A stretch of 64,000 nt of DNA from Candidatus Bathyarchaeota archaeon (lineage in GTDB: Archaea > Thermoproteota > Bathyarchaeia > 40CM-2-53-6): the NCBI GenBank assembly GCA_963733055.1, contig CAVTBR010000002.1:224001-288000 (forward strand), read 5' to 3'. The notes under the pieces were generated by a model. The model was not told the DNA's origin. It saw nothing but the letters and a program-made list of their open reading frames with translations, and made no database searches. Shown here piece by piece: positions 27,481 to 38,080 of this stretch. How positions within the stretch are numbered: position 1 is the first letter of the stretch; every line of letters starts with the position of its first letter. Both the position numbers and the translations under genes were made by a program.

Positions 27481-28235
27481 TCATTTCGAGAGCGAGAGGG
27501 TCAAGCCTTCCTCGGCTATCAGAAGCTCGCCTCTGAATTCGCGAGCCGCTTCGGATCGAGAGACCTCGCGGTCGTCTCCAGGCCAGAAGTGAGTCAGCAT
27601 CAAGCGCGCCGCGCCCGCCTCCCGAGCGTAGCGTCCCGCCTCACCCGCGGTTAGGAGGAAACGAACCGGGCCTTCGTGCGGCACCGCCTGGTGAGTCGCC
27701 TCGCACACGAACAAGTCAGCTCCACGTGAGAGTTCCACGATCTGTTCAGTCGGTCCGGTGTCTCCGGTATAGGCGATCACGAGTCCCTCCACTTCAACTC
27801 GGAAGCCGAGACTTGGGACGAAGTGGGGTAGTGCCACCGTCCGGACGCAAAGGGTCCGACCTCAACCGTCTGGTCGGGGCCGATCGCATGGAAATCACAC
27901 CCCCGCCGCAGCCGCGCCGGCCCCTCGGCACCGTCGAGACTCCCTACCCGGTCCATCACGTCTGGGAACGCGTAGACGGAGAGGGGCGGGAACGGAGGCT
28001 CCGGAAGGGCGCGCGCCCGGTAGAGTCCGTAGAGGTCGACGCAGTGGTCTGCGTGCGCGTGAGTGACGAAGACCGCATCAACGTCCTGAGCGGGGCAGTG
28101 ATCAAGGAGGCGTGGCAGCGCACCGAATCCGAGGTCGAGGACCACGCGCTGGCCGGCCGATTCGAGCAGGTAGCCGCTGCACGCACGCCCTCGTTCAGGC
28201 CAAGCGCCACTGCTGCCGAGTACGGTGAATTGCAC
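27481..28235 (-). pseudogene. MBL-fold metallohydrolase (RNase Z/BN-like), 1-nt frameshift near 27848
   Basis: VLGSSG, THAHADH in ORF 27777-28235; YTGDTG, LTHFWP in ORF 27481-27837; high GC. Confidence 0.8.
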
Positions 28236-28273
28236 TATCCGTCACACTCCTAGTGTGAGGTAGTATGCTGTTG

Positions 28274-29586
28274 TTACTGGTATTTGTTTTGGACTTCAAG
28301 GCTGTCCGGCCCAAAATCGCTTCGCTCCGGATCTGTGAAGTCTACTTTGGGCATCTCTCTCAAACCAATTACTTCACTGAAAAGAATCCATATCGCCGCT
28401 GCTCCGGATAACGCGCCGCCGATGAGTATCGTGGGTACGATTCCAATATAGAGCCCGAGGATACCCCCGATGAATGATCCCGCAGGTAAAGTTCCCCAGT
28501 TTATTGTTCGCACGGTTGCGTTCATCCGTCCTTGAAGTTTATCGGAAACTAGGGATTGTCGGAGACTGACGGTGTTGATGTTGTAAATAGGCAGCATGAG
28601 GCCCGAGACGAAGCCGACGGCGCCCATTATTGGATACGCGTAACCGTACAGTGCGAGCGGTTGCAACATCGCGACGATCGGGACGAAGATCGATATAGCA
28701 ATCGACGGCCCCAATCCAACTTTCTTTGTGAAGTTCGGCGCGAGTAAAGCCCCTAGCAAGAATCCGACTGCGGTAATTGTTCCAAGAACGCCAATAGTAG
28801 CTGGCGTGAAGTGGAGCATTTTGAGTAGGAAGATGGTAAGTATAGCTTGGAATATCGAGCTGCCCAGGTTTGCTGTGGCCGTGGAAAACATCATCTTCTG
28901 ATTATGTCACTATCAAATACGATGTGGATTCCTTCTTTCATTTCAGCAAAGAAATTCCTACCCCCTGACATCGGGTGGTCGGACGAAGGGGTTGGTTCAG
29001 GCTTTTGTATGGAGAGGAGCGCGAGAGCGGAAGCTAAGTAACCTATCGCGTCTACCGCTATCGTGAATGCTCCGCCTATGATTTCGTAGATGAAGCCCGC
29101 GATAGTTGGCCCCACGACCTGAGCTCCTGACCAGCTCGTCTGAAGCTTCGCGTTTCCTTCGACCAAATCTGCACGGTCTACCAATACCGGGAGATAGGAT
29201 TGGTAGGATATTTCGAAGAAAACCGTGAAGATGCCATTGATCACGGCCACAGCGTAGAGTTGGTAGATTGTCAAGGCGGAAAGGGAGTAAGCGACGGGAA
29301 TTGACGCGAGGGTAATCATTCGGCCAAAGTTGCATGCAATCATTATTGGCCGCTTTCGCGAACGGTCTGCGATCACGCCCACAAAGAGCCCTAGTATGGG
29401 AAAGGAGATTGTCTGCAGAGCTATTAGCAGGCCGAGTTGAAACGCGTTCACAGTGAGACTCAGAACCGCAAGAATAGGGAGAGCTAGGGACGTGAACTGG
29501 TTGCCAAATTGACTGACCGTGTCACTTAGCCACAACCGTCTGAAATCTCGATGAGACCACAGGTGACCTCTCGACGGAAATTTCAA
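28274..29586 (-). pseudogene. MFS transporter split by a frameshift near 28895
   Basis: DFRRLW, GVIADRSRKR in the N-half; RQSLVSDKLQGRMN in the C-half; the halves abut out of frame. Confidence 0.8.
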
Positions 29587-29791
29587 CGAAGCACCTCCCT
29601 CAATTTTGAGGGCCGTACTGCGACCGCGGTCATAAAAAGGGCGAGCCACTTGCGATGAACACAATCAGTTCTCACATAATGTTAGCACAATTAACGAAGT
29701 TATCCTCAGAGCTCAGCTATTCTCAAGCGCGAATAGCATGACGCAGATTCGCGTTCTAAGCAGGACGTGGAATGGAAATGCCATTGTCGGA

Positions 29792-30088
29792 CTACTTTGT
29801 ATTGGTGATCCCCAATTTTGCCGCAATTTCAGTTTCCGTCATCCCTACAATGAAGATTACTTTCGTGTCTGAATGAAAACCTGACACTATTTGCAACATG
29901 GACGATGGCGTTCGAAGCTTGTGTGCAAGCCATTTTGTGATTTCGCGGTTGGCTTTACCCTTAACCGGCGGGGCGGCTACATGCATCACTAATGTTCCAT
30001 CGGGTTCGGATGTGAGCCTGGTTTCTCTGCTCGGAGCCTTTACGCGGATTTTCAGTTTTACTCCCGCAGAACTTGACTGCATTTGCAC
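29792..30088 (-). CDS. DUF167 (UPF0235/YggU) protein
   Basis: VAAPPVKGKANREI...IVSGFHSDTK. Confidence 0.88.
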   Translation of the reverse strand: MQMQSSSAGVKLKIRVKAPSRETRLTSEPDGTLVMHVAAPPVKGKANREITKWLAHKLRTPSSMLQIVSGFHSDTKVIFIVGMTETEIAAKLGITNTK

Positions 30089-30113
30089 CCTCAGCGACCC
30101 TGAGGGCTGAAGA

Positions 30114-30827
30114 TCATGCGGCTATTTTCTCTTCCCTTAGTTCTTCGAGCATCTTTCCGTGACGTTTCTCATCTGCAGCGATCTTTCTGAAGTTCTCGCG
30201 TATTGAACCCAGGACTTCTATGTGGCCTTTGGAATCCTCGATGAGTTTAGTGAGCGTGGATTTTACTTCGCTTCTCTCCGTCTCGCGGGCCATTCTCGTG
30301 TAGCTTTCGACGACGTCTTCCTCGACGGCTAACCAATAGGAAATGTTCTCTTCGATTACACGTTGGTATGCTGAGAGGACATCGTTTTCGATTTTGATCG
30401 CTTGATCTAGGTTCTCGATATTGGCCACGATCCGTTCGTGAAGGGGCTCCCACGCTTTCACTGTCCGCTGCTGCAATTTCAGGGCGTAATCTTTGCCTAG
30501 CTCATTCATGGCTTGAATTATTAGGTGGTCTTCGACGTTTCGCAGTTCACACTTAATCCGCGAGGCAACATTCTGGCCGCAGCAACCGACACAGAATCCC
30601 AAGTACGAGTCAATCTCTCGTGATGTCAGTTCATCAGGGTTAGGGTGAGTTTGGCATTGTGTGATCAGGATTTTTGTGCTTCTAAGCGATGTATAAATTT
30701 CCGGTGCGACGTTTACTCCCCGATTCTTGAGATCTGCACTAATCTCGTTCATTGCATCCCATGTTTTTTCTAGTAGGAAGCATTGTTCTTTTGTCTCTTC
30801 TCTCTTCTTCAATAGCGCTTGCGTCAT
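30114..30827 (-). CDS. DUF2096-like protein with CxxCC motif fused to a ferritin-like helical domain
   Basis: W...DLKNRG..V..EIY..LR; FCVGCCG; C-terminal EEDVVESY...LIEDSKGH...DEKRH. Confidence 0.6.
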   Translation of the reverse strand: MTQALLKKREETKEQCFLLEKTWDAMNEISADLKNRGVNVAPEIYTSLRSTKILITQCQTHPNPDELTSREIDSYLGFCVGCCGQNVASRIKCELRNVEDHLIIQAMNELGKDYALKLQQRTVKAWEPLHERIVANIENLDQAIKIENDVLSAYQRVIEENISYWLAVEEDVVESYTRMARETERSEVKSTLTKLIEDSKGHIEVLGSIRENFRKIAADEKRHGKMLEELREEKIAA

Positions 30828-31128
30828 TTCAGCATCAACCCTTTTCCTCTGAGACTAAGCTTCCATTCGAACGTCTGCCTGAGTATGCAATGTTGAGTTT
30901 TGATAACGCGATCTGACATAGTCTATACTCGGTTCACTTGGGAGTGGTGAAAATAAATGGATACGCCATAGACTTACCATAATAGAACATAGAGCATATA
31001 GTGTCTTAGTTCGTCATGGTGATTGCTTTGAAGGTACCCATCGCTGACACATACATACGCGTTTAATTCCAGACGGGGACTGAATAGTCGTCCGAGTCTA
31101 CCTAAGTTAAAGACAGCAGACTTCAATC

Positions 31129-31605
31129 TTACGCCCGCTTGATATGCTGAGTAATCATTTCAACTAGATTTGCGGCAGCTTCCTGAATGGTTGGGCTTAA
31201 TCCTTCGCGAAAGGTGAAGTCTGGGTCAATATCGATCGTGAAGATTCTAATGGTACCCGGAATCCTACTTGGTTCCAGTTTCTTGTATAGTTCCAAAGCG
31301 GTGGCGAAATTCAGGACGTGAGGCGACGGAGATGATTGTTCTGTTGCTTTGAACTGCTCCGGCGAGAACTCACGGATACGACCAACCTGTCGATTCTCCG
31401 TATCAACCGAGTCGATTATGAACACTTTCTCGTAACCCAGAATCTCCTCAACCAGTTTCAGGCCTCCGACACTCAGTTCTTTGAACTCCAAATCATCTCT
31501 CGCTGGAATCCCTTTCTTCAGCATTCTTACTACGTGAACTCCCAGTCCGTCGTCGCCCATGATTGAATTTCCAATACCCAGCAGTAGAATTGTCGTACTA
31601 CCCAG
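31129..31605 (-). CDS. Hydrogenase maturation protease (probable CTG start)
   Basis: ILLLGIGNSIMGDDGLG, IIDSV, SPH; the first strand lies upstream of the ATG at 31560. Confidence 0.92.
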   Translation of the reverse strand: MGSTTILLLGIGNSIMGDDGLGVHVVRMLKKGIPARDDLEFKELSVGGLKLVEEILGYEKVFIIDSVDTENRQVGRIREFSPEQFKATEQSSPSPHVLNFATALELYKKLEPSRIPGTIRIFTIDIDPDFTFREGLSPTIQEAAANLVEMITQHIKRA

Positions 31606-31632
31606 CCCGCACTGAACTATTCTGAATCTCCT

Positions 31633-33093
31633 CTACGGTCTTCTTAGGTGGTGGGTAACAATCTGCTGCTTGTTGTAGATCTTGATGTCAAGAGGCATTT
31701 GTCCCGGAAGGGTGTGTGTAGCACAACCGTAGCAGGGGTCATAGGCTCTGAAGGCCATCTCTACCATGTTGAGAATACCGTCTGACACGTCGCCGTTCTT
31801 GATCAAGCCTTCAGCAGCTTGCTTTATCGACATGCTTATGGCAGCATGATTGTTGGTAGTCCCGACTATCAGGTTCACGTTCCTAACGAGGCCTTTTTCA
31901 TCAGTCTTGTAATGATGCGTCAACGTCCCACGAGGTGCTTCCACGCAGCCAACTCCTTCATCTGGAGTAGCGGTTGGAAGTGTGCGAACGTTCGGGTTTG
32001 TGATTTCTTTGTCTCCGCTTAGTTCAAGCATACGTTCTGCTGCGTAGAGAAGTTCAACCAAGCGAGCCCAGTGAGTTGCCAGCGTTGCGTGTACAGGTTT
32101 GCCGCCGAGAGTTTCGTACATCTTCTTGTATTCTTCCTGGGCTAGGGGCGTCGCCATGCCGTCGGCAGCGTTCAAGCGTGACAACGGCGTCGCCTTGTAA
32201 ACTCCGCTATCTTTTCCGCCGACGAAACCTTTCCAGCCGATGCTCTTCAGGTACGGGTACTTGAGGTAGGTCCACGGTTCCACGTGTTCCGCGATGTACT
32301 GCCGGTAGTCTTTGGGATGATATTTCGCAAACTCTTTTCCCTCAGGATCTATGACCCTGATCTTTCCGTCATAGAAATTCACCTGGTTCTCTTCGTCCAC
32401 TGTGCCCATGTAGTAGGTTTTGCTGGCATATGTCTTGCCGAGTATCAGGCTTACGTATTCCTTGTTCTGAAGGACGACTTCGTCGAACAATTTGAGTGTA
32501 AATTTTGCGAACTCGACTTCTGATTCCGCTATCTTCTCGATTCTAGTTCGCTCTTCTTCCGTAATTGCTTTGGTCACACCGCCGGGGACTCCACAGGCTG
32601 GGTGAATTCTCTTTCCGCCAATAATCCCCACTACGTCGAGGGCATCTGAGCGGTGCTTGATTACGGATGCACCGATATTTAGACCGACTTTTGATATGAC
32701 GCCCAGAATGTTCCGTTCCGCTTTAGGGGCGGAAGGCCCCATCACGAAGTCTGGGCCGGCTAGAATGTAGAAGTGAGTTGTGTGATCCGCTACGAAGAAA
32801 GCGCTGTAGAGTAGTTCTCTCAATTTTTTCGCGGTAGGTGGAGGGTCAACGTGAAAGACAGCGTCAAGGGCTTTGGTTGAGGCTAGGTGGTGGGCCTCAG
32901 GGCATACGCCGCAGATCCTACTGGTGATGTCCGGCATCTCCTCAACCCGTCTGCCTTCACAGAATTTTTCGAATCCCCTAAGTTCGGGCACTTGGAAGTA
33001 TGCATTCTCAACATTCCCTTCGTCGTTAAGAAAGATGGAAATCTTGCCGTGCCCCTCAAGCCTGGTTACAGGGTTGATGGTAATGGTTTTCAT
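31633..33093 (-). CDS. mvhA: F420-non-reducing [NiFe] hydrogenase large subunit (group 3c)
   Basis: TRLEGHG, RICGVC, EAPRG, RAYDPCYGCATH plus cleavable tail. Confidence 0.96.
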   Translation of the reverse strand: MKTITINPVTRLEGHGKISIFLNDEGNVENAYFQVPELRGFEKFCEGRRVEEMPDITSRICGVCPEAHHLASTKALDAVFHVDPPPTAKKLRELLYSAFFVADHTTHFYILAGPDFVMGPSAPKAERNILGVISKVGLNIGASVIKHRSDALDVVGIIGGKRIHPACGVPGGVTKAITEEERTRIEKIAESEVEFAKFTLKLFDEVVLQNKEYVSLILGKTYASKTYYMGTVDEENQVNFYDGKIRVIDPEGKEFAKYHPKDYRQYIAEHVEPWTYLKYPYLKSIGWKGFVGGKDSGVYKATPLSRLNAADGMATPLAQEEYKKMYETLGGKPVHATLATHWARLVELLYAAERMLELSGDKEITNPNVRTLPTATPDEGVGCVEAPRGTLTHHYKTDEKGLVRNVNLIVGTTNNHAAISMSIKQAAEGLIKNGDVSDGILNMVEMAFRAYDPCYGCATHTLPGQMPLDIKIYNKQQIVTHHLRRP

Positions 33094-34046
33094 TCTTTCG
33101 TCCTCTTCAATAGCGATCGTGCAAGGCCAAATCGATAGAAGGTTCCAATGGGGTCAACGACGCTGTCGGCCAGTTTCTGGATATCCTCTTCGCTCTCTGC
33201 ATCGAAGACAGATGCAAGCGCTGAGAGCATCTTCGCACCTTGGTCTACCACGTTTGGTAATGGGCCGTAGCAACCTCTGCAAGGGCTGTTAGCGTCTAGG
33301 CAAATAGCGCCGCAGCCACCCCTTGTCGCGGGCCCCATGCATATGACCCCCTGCTCTAGCAGGCACTTCTTCGGATCTGATATCGTTTCATAAGTCCGGA
33401 CAAGTTTCGATACCTTTCTGTCTGTCTTCTCACGTTTGCACTCGTGGCAAAGTGATTTGTCGGATGCGCCGAGCACAGCTCCCTTCGGTGGAAGCAAGCC
33501 GCTTAGGATGGTTCCGACTACTTTCTCGATTTGAGCTCCCATTGGTGGGCAACCTGGAACGTAATAGTCGACGTCAACAACCTGATCCAGCGTCCTAACT
33601 GTGCCATAAAATTCCGGGAGCGTGAGCTCGCCTTCCGGCGCTGCGAATTTTGTTTGAGGCGTTATGTTTTGTGGGTTGTCTGTGGTTGGGGTTTCCTTGT
33701 AGGATGAATTGAAGATCTGTTCCTTGTTCTTCGTGTTTGCTAATGCGGGTATGCCGCCCATGGTTGCGCAGGCTCCGAACGCCACGAGCAGTTTGGACTT
33801 GGCTCTGAGTAGCTGCGCTAGATGCAGGTTTTCGGAGGTTTGGATTGCTCCGTTGAAGAAGGTCACGTCGATATTTTTGTCCGACATGCTTTCTAGGTCT
33901 GAGTACTTGAAGTCTAATGCAACAGGCCAGAAGACTATGTCAATTTTATCCTGCAGTTCGACGAGCTTAGTCCCTAGCTCCAGGATGGCGATTTCGCAGC
34001 CGCCACAGCTACTTGCCCAGTTGAAGGCAATTTTGGGTTTGGTCAT
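33090..34046 (-). CDS. mvhG: F420-non-reducing hydrogenase small subunit
   Basis: SCGGC, GACA, PGCPP, CLLEQGVICMGP, CRGCYGP. Confidence 0.95.
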   Translation of the reverse strand: MTKPKIAFNWASSCGGCEIAILELGTKLVELQDKIDIVFWPVALDFKYSDLESMSDKNIDVTFFNGAIQTSENLHLAQLLRAKSKLLVAFGACATMGGIPALANTKNKEQIFNSSYKETPTTDNPQNITPQTKFAAPEGELTLPEFYGTVRTLDQVVDVDYYVPGCPPMGAQIEKVVGTILSGLLPPKGAVLGASDKSLCHECKREKTDRKVSKLVRTYETISDPKKCLLEQGVICMGPATRGGCGAICLDANSPCRGCYGPLPNVVDQGAKMLSALASVFDAESEEDIQKLADSVVDPIGTFYRFGLARSLLKRTKE

Positions 34047-34486
34047 GCCGGTATCACTACTTCTCGCTTCCAGTTGAGTGGCCCTAAGGTTCGGATTTCT
34101 TCTGTCATGCTTTCCACGATGCTAGCGTATCTTCCACCTTCAGAGGCCGAAACCCATTCCAGCCTCACGCGCTCCTTCTCTATTCCAAATTCGCCGAGTA
34201 GGTTCTGTAGAAGTTTGAATCGTCGGATCGTCTTCACATTGCCATTTATGTAGTGGCAGTCGCCCGGATGGCATCCGGCTATCAATACACCGTCGGCGCC
34301 TGCCGCGAGAGCCTTCAGAACAAGTGTTGGGTCGATCCGGCCAGAGCAGTTTACTCGAATAGGGGTTATGTTCGGAGGATAGATGATCCTACTTAGTCCC
34401 GCAAGATCGGCTCCTGTATAGGCACACCATCTGCAGAGGAACCCTACGATCTTTGGTTCGAATCGCGTATCCAAGTCAATCACCAT
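34043..34486 (-). CDS. mvhD: Hydrogenase iron-sulfur subunit delta
   Basis: FLCRWCAY, IRVNCSGR, GCHPGDCHY. Confidence 0.96.
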   Translation of the reverse strand: MVIDLDTRFEPKIVGFLCRWCAYTGADLAGLSRIIYPPNITPIRVNCSGRIDPTLVLKALAAGADGVLIAGCHPGDCHYINGNVKTIRRFKLLQNLLGEFGIEKERVRLEWVSASEGGRYASIVESMTEEIRTLGPLNWKREVVIPA

Positions 34487-34490
34487 AATC

Positions 34491-36449
34491 CTACGAGCAG
34501 ATCGCTTCGATTTCGGTCATTAACTGCTTGTTAGTGAAATTCTGTTGCTCAATTGCCCCTGAGGGACATGCCGCTACGCAGACTCCGCATCCCTTGCAGA
34601 GAACTGAAGTGATGGCGGCACGGTTGTTGGATTCATCAAAGCTTATGGCGAGGTAGGGGCAAAGGCCCACGCAGATTTTGCACCCGGAACAAGCCTCCTC
34701 GTTGATAATAGCAACAGTCGGTTCCAACTCGATCTCTCCCTTATCGGCAAATGAGATCACGTTCGCCGCAGCCGCGGCACCTTGGGCCACGCAGTCAGGG
34801 ATATCCTTGGGGCTCTGACAGGATCCGGCGACGTAGATGCCCTGCGCTGCCGTTGAAACAGGGGCAAGCTTCGGGTGTCTCTCAAGGAAGAAACCATCTT
34901 TGCTTCTGCTGATTCCAAATATGTGCGCTAATTGTGAAGCATCCTTTCTCGGTTCTAGGCCTACGCTCAAAACGACCATATCGACCGCAACGCGACGCAC
35001 GATCCCTAGGAGTGTGTCTTCAGCGACAACAATCAGCTTTCCTTTCTCAGAAGGATCCTGAGCCACATCTGTGACTTCAGCCACCCGGCCTCGGATGAAC
35101 GTAACGTCTTCATGTAATACGCGTTTGTAGAATTCTTCATATCCTTTCCCAAAGGCTCGCATGTCGATATAGAACTCGTAGACTTTCGCGTCGGTCTTCT
35201 CATGCACGAGATGAGCGGTTTTCAATGAGTACATGCAGCAGACTCGAGAACAATGCTCGTTGTAGTTCTTATCGCGGCTTCCAACGCAATGTACGATTGC
35301 GACACTCTCAGGTGGCTTACCGTTTTTGAGTTGTATCTTTCCGGCAGTAGGTCCAGAGGCGTGTGTGAGCCTCTCAAATTCTATGCTAGTGATGACGTTC
35401 GGAAGCCTGCCATAACCATATTCTTTGATTCGAGTGGCGTCGAAGAGATCGAAACCAGTGGCTAGAATCGCTGAACCAACCGGAACTTCAACATATTTCT
35501 CCTTTTGTTCAAAGTCTATTGCGTGATGAGCACAGAACTTTTCGCAGACCCTGCAGACACCTTTAGTGAAGTAGAGGCAGTGTTCTCGGTCTATGACGGG
35601 TACGTTTGGCACGGCTTGTGGAAATGGTCTGTAGATCGCTTTTCTTTTTCCGAGCTTACAATCAAATTCGCTCGGGACGCTCAATGGACATTTTTCTTCG
35701 CATTGGCCGCAACCCGTGCACTTGTCCTCATCAACGTATCTCGGTCTTTTGCGGATTTTGGCTGTGAACTTTCCTACATATCCTGAGAAGTCTGTCACGT
35801 CGCTGTAAGTTAACAGTTCGATGTTTTCGTGTTGCTCAACAGATACCATCTTGGGTGTGAGAATGCATGCCGCGCAATCGAGAGTCGGGAAGGTCTTGTC
35901 AAATCGAGTCATATACCCACCTATAGTGGGCTCCTTCTCTACCAAGTAGACCTTCTTGCCGGAGTCTGCGATCTGAAGCGCCGCTTCGATTCCAGTTACT
36001 CCACCACCAACAATGAGGACGCTCGAATTGACTGCGACTTTCTGCACTTCGAGAGGCTCGTTGAAATTCACTCGCATTACGGCGGCTCTCACAATATCCT
36101 TAGCTCTTTCCGTTGCAAGAACTCTATTCTGGGTTATCCAGGAGCACTGTTCTCGAATGTTGGCCATCTGGAATAGGTACGGATTGAGCCCTGCTTTCGC
36201 AACAGCTCGCCTAAACGTTGGCTCATGCATTAGCGGTGAACAAGAGGCGACGACGACTCTAGTAAGTCCCATCTCGCGAATATCGTTTTGAATCATTTCC
36301 TGGCCAGGGTTGGAGCACATGAACTGATAGTCTCGTGCAATGGTAACGTTAGGCAGGTGGCTGGCGTACTCCGCGAGAGCTTTGCAGTCAACCGTCTTGG
36401 CTATGTTTAGCCCACAGTGACAGATGTAGACCCCTATTTTTTCACTCAA
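34491..36449 (-). CDS. hdrA: Heterodisulfide reductase subunit A
   Basis: GVYICHCG, NIREQCSW, GGGVTG, KTFPTLDC, CSRVCC, ferredoxin motifs. Confidence 0.97.
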   Translation of the reverse strand: MSEKIGVYICHCGLNIAKTVDCKALAEYASHLPNVTIARDYQFMCSNPGQEMIQNDIREMGLTRVVVASCSPLMHEPTFRRAVAKAGLNPYLFQMANIREQCSWITQNRVLATERAKDIVRAAVMRVNFNEPLEVQKVAVNSSVLIVGGGVTGIEAALQIADSGKKVYLVEKEPTIGGYMTRFDKTFPTLDCAACILTPKMVSVEQHENIELLTYSDVTDFSGYVGKFTAKIRKRPRYVDEDKCTGCGQCEEKCPLSVPSEFDCKLGKRKAIYRPFPQAVPNVPVIDREHCLYFTKGVCRVCEKFCAHHAIDFEQKEKYVEVPVGSAILATGFDLFDATRIKEYGYGRLPNVITSIEFERLTHASGPTAGKIQLKNGKPPESVAIVHCVGSRDKNYNEHCSRVCCMYSLKTAHLVHEKTDAKVYEFYIDMRAFGKGYEEFYKRVLHEDVTFIRGRVAEVTDVAQDPSEKGKLIVVAEDTLLGIVRRVAVDMVVLSVGLEPRKDASQLAHIFGISRSKDGFFLERHPKLAPVSTAAQGIYVAGSCQSPKDIPDCVAQGAAAAANVISFADKGEIELEPTVAIINEEACSGCKICVGLCPYLAISFDESNNRAAITSVLCKGCGVCVAACPSGAIEQQNFTNKQLMTEIEAICS

Positions 36450-37340
36450 CTACCCGATAACCTCCAAATGCTTCTCCAAGAGTGGCCGACTGGAAATCAT
36501 TTCCTCGTCGATTCCGAGTTCTTTACGTGAGAAGCCAAAAGCCAACCCCATGAGCTGGGTGAAGTACAATGTTGGAATCTTGAAGTCTGTTCCAAACATT
36601 TTGTTGACATCGCCTTGGTATGTCTCAATGTTCATGTGGCACAGAGGACAAATTGTGACGATGCATTCTGCTCCGTTTTGTTTAGCACAGTCAAGAATAT
36701 TCCTGTTCAAGCCAAGAGCGACATCCTCGTTGGTCATCATCAGAAGACCTCCACAACACTTCGTCTTGAGGGGGAAGTCGACCGGCTTTGCTCCGATCCA
36801 TGCTAGCAGTTTGTCTAGGATCACGGGGAATTCTTTGTCGTCGATCTCACCGAAGGGTCGCGTCAATTGGCAGCCGTAGTAAGGGGCGACCTTAAGACCC
36901 GACAGTTTTGTCTTGATTCTGGCTTTGACCCCTTCCTCCCCTACCTCATTGACTATGACCTCAAGCAGATGCCTGACCTTGACGCTACCTCGATACTGGA
37001 GATTAGCGGCTTTTAGAGAGTTTTCGATGGTTCTCTTGAATCTCGATTCCTCGGCCAAGTAACGGTTTGTCTTGGTCAAGGTTGTAAGGCATGCGGGGCA
37101 GACCACGACAAGATCTTTTTTCTCCTTCTCAGCGAGAACAAGGTTTCTCGCCGACAGAAGATGAGCTTTCATCTCGTGAATGGACATGTAGGCCGAAGCG
37201 CCACAGCAATTCCAATCGTTCAGCTCTGAGAGGTCAATGTCGAGCGCCTTGCAAACTATCTGAGTTGACTTATCATATGCCCTGTTCATTCCCTTAACCG
37301 AGCAACCTGGATAATAGGAGAACCCAAGCCGAGCCTGCAA
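36450..37340 (-). CDS. hdrB: Heterodisulfide reductase subunit B
   Basis: YYPGC, WNCCGA, YYGC, KCCGG, CPLC (CCG domains). Confidence 0.95.
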   Translation of the reverse strand: MQARLGFSYYPGCSVKGMNRAYDKSTQIVCKALDIDLSELNDWNCCGASAYMSIHEMKAHLLSARNLVLAEKEKKDLVVVCPACLTTLTKTNRYLAEESRFKRTIENSLKAANLQYRGSVKVRHLLEVIVNEVGEEGVKARIKTKLSGLKVAPYYGCQLTRPFGEIDDKEFPVILDKLLAWIGAKPVDFPLKTKCCGGLLMMTNEDVALGLNRNILDCAKQNGAECIVTICPLCHMNIETYQGDVNKMFGTDFKIPTLYFTQLMGLAFGFSRKELGIDEEMISSRPLLEKHLEVIG

Positions 37341-37342
37341 CT

Positions 37343-37960
37343 CTAACTTGTCTCCTCTCTGGACGGGCCGGAGTGAAGGCCTGAGATCATAGGCTCCGTC
37401 ATCAGTCCGGCGCATTTTTCCAATTCCGCAATCCCCCTAATCTTGTGTGAGGTTAGCGGCATCCTTCCGCGCATGAACAACTTCATAGCCCGTGGAATCA
37501 TTTTGAAAGTTCCGAGCGGGTTTGTCTTCAACATGAACCTGCTGACAAGGGGTACCTCCGCAATCCTTCCGTTCTTGTCGACAATGTCGGCAAACAGCTT
37601 AGCCACTACTGCCGCCTTGACACCCTTCGGCGTTAGCCCGAATTCGATCGCTAGTCGTTTCAACTCATACATGATATCTGTGAGCTTGATCCCTGAAGGA
37701 CAACGAACTGTGCATGAGTAACATGATGAGCAGAGCCAGATCGTGTTACTCTTGAGTACTTTCTCAAGCATTCCGGCTCTGAAAGCCGCAATGATTTCTC
37801 TTGGAGTGTAGTCCATTGCGTAGCTGGTCGGGCAGGAGGCGCTGCAAGTTCCGCACTGGATGCACTCTTTTATTTTGTCGCCACCGGGAATGCTATAGAC
37901 ATCGTGGAGGAAGACATCGCCTAGGGCGTGCACTCTTCGTTCAAGGCGCTCTACTTGCAA
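37343..37960 (-). CDS. hdrC: Heterodisulfide reductase subunit C
   Basis: CIQCGTCSASCP, WLCSSCYSCTVRCP. Confidence 0.95.
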   Translation of the reverse strand: MQVERLERRVHALGDVFLHDVYSIPGGDKIKECIQCGTCSASCPTSYAMDYTPREIIAAFRAGMLEKVLKSNTIWLCSSCYSCTVRCPSGIKLTDIMYELKRLAIEFGLTPKGVKAAVVAKLFADIVDKNGRIAEVPLVSRFMLKTNPLGTFKMIPRAMKLFMRGRMPLTSHKIRGIAELEKCAGLMTEPMISGLHSGPSREETS

Positions 37961-38080
37961 GAGATATCAAACGAGAAACATTCCCCACCATAGTGTATAG
38001 AGATGGTGCCGGTGTTCTACGTATCATTATATAGAAACACTGCAGTCGACGGTTCGGCTGGGTAGAAGTAATTTGTTATA

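Noticed and set aside
31633-36449. Selenocysteine in Mvh/Hdr subunits
   Set aside because: All relevant positions are Cys codons with no in-frame TGA
31633-36452. Genome-wide amber recoding (hdrB TAG abuts hdrA in frame; mvhA TAG in frame with the protease)
   Set aside because: Many conserved genes end at TAG at their expected C-termini, so tight operon packing explains it
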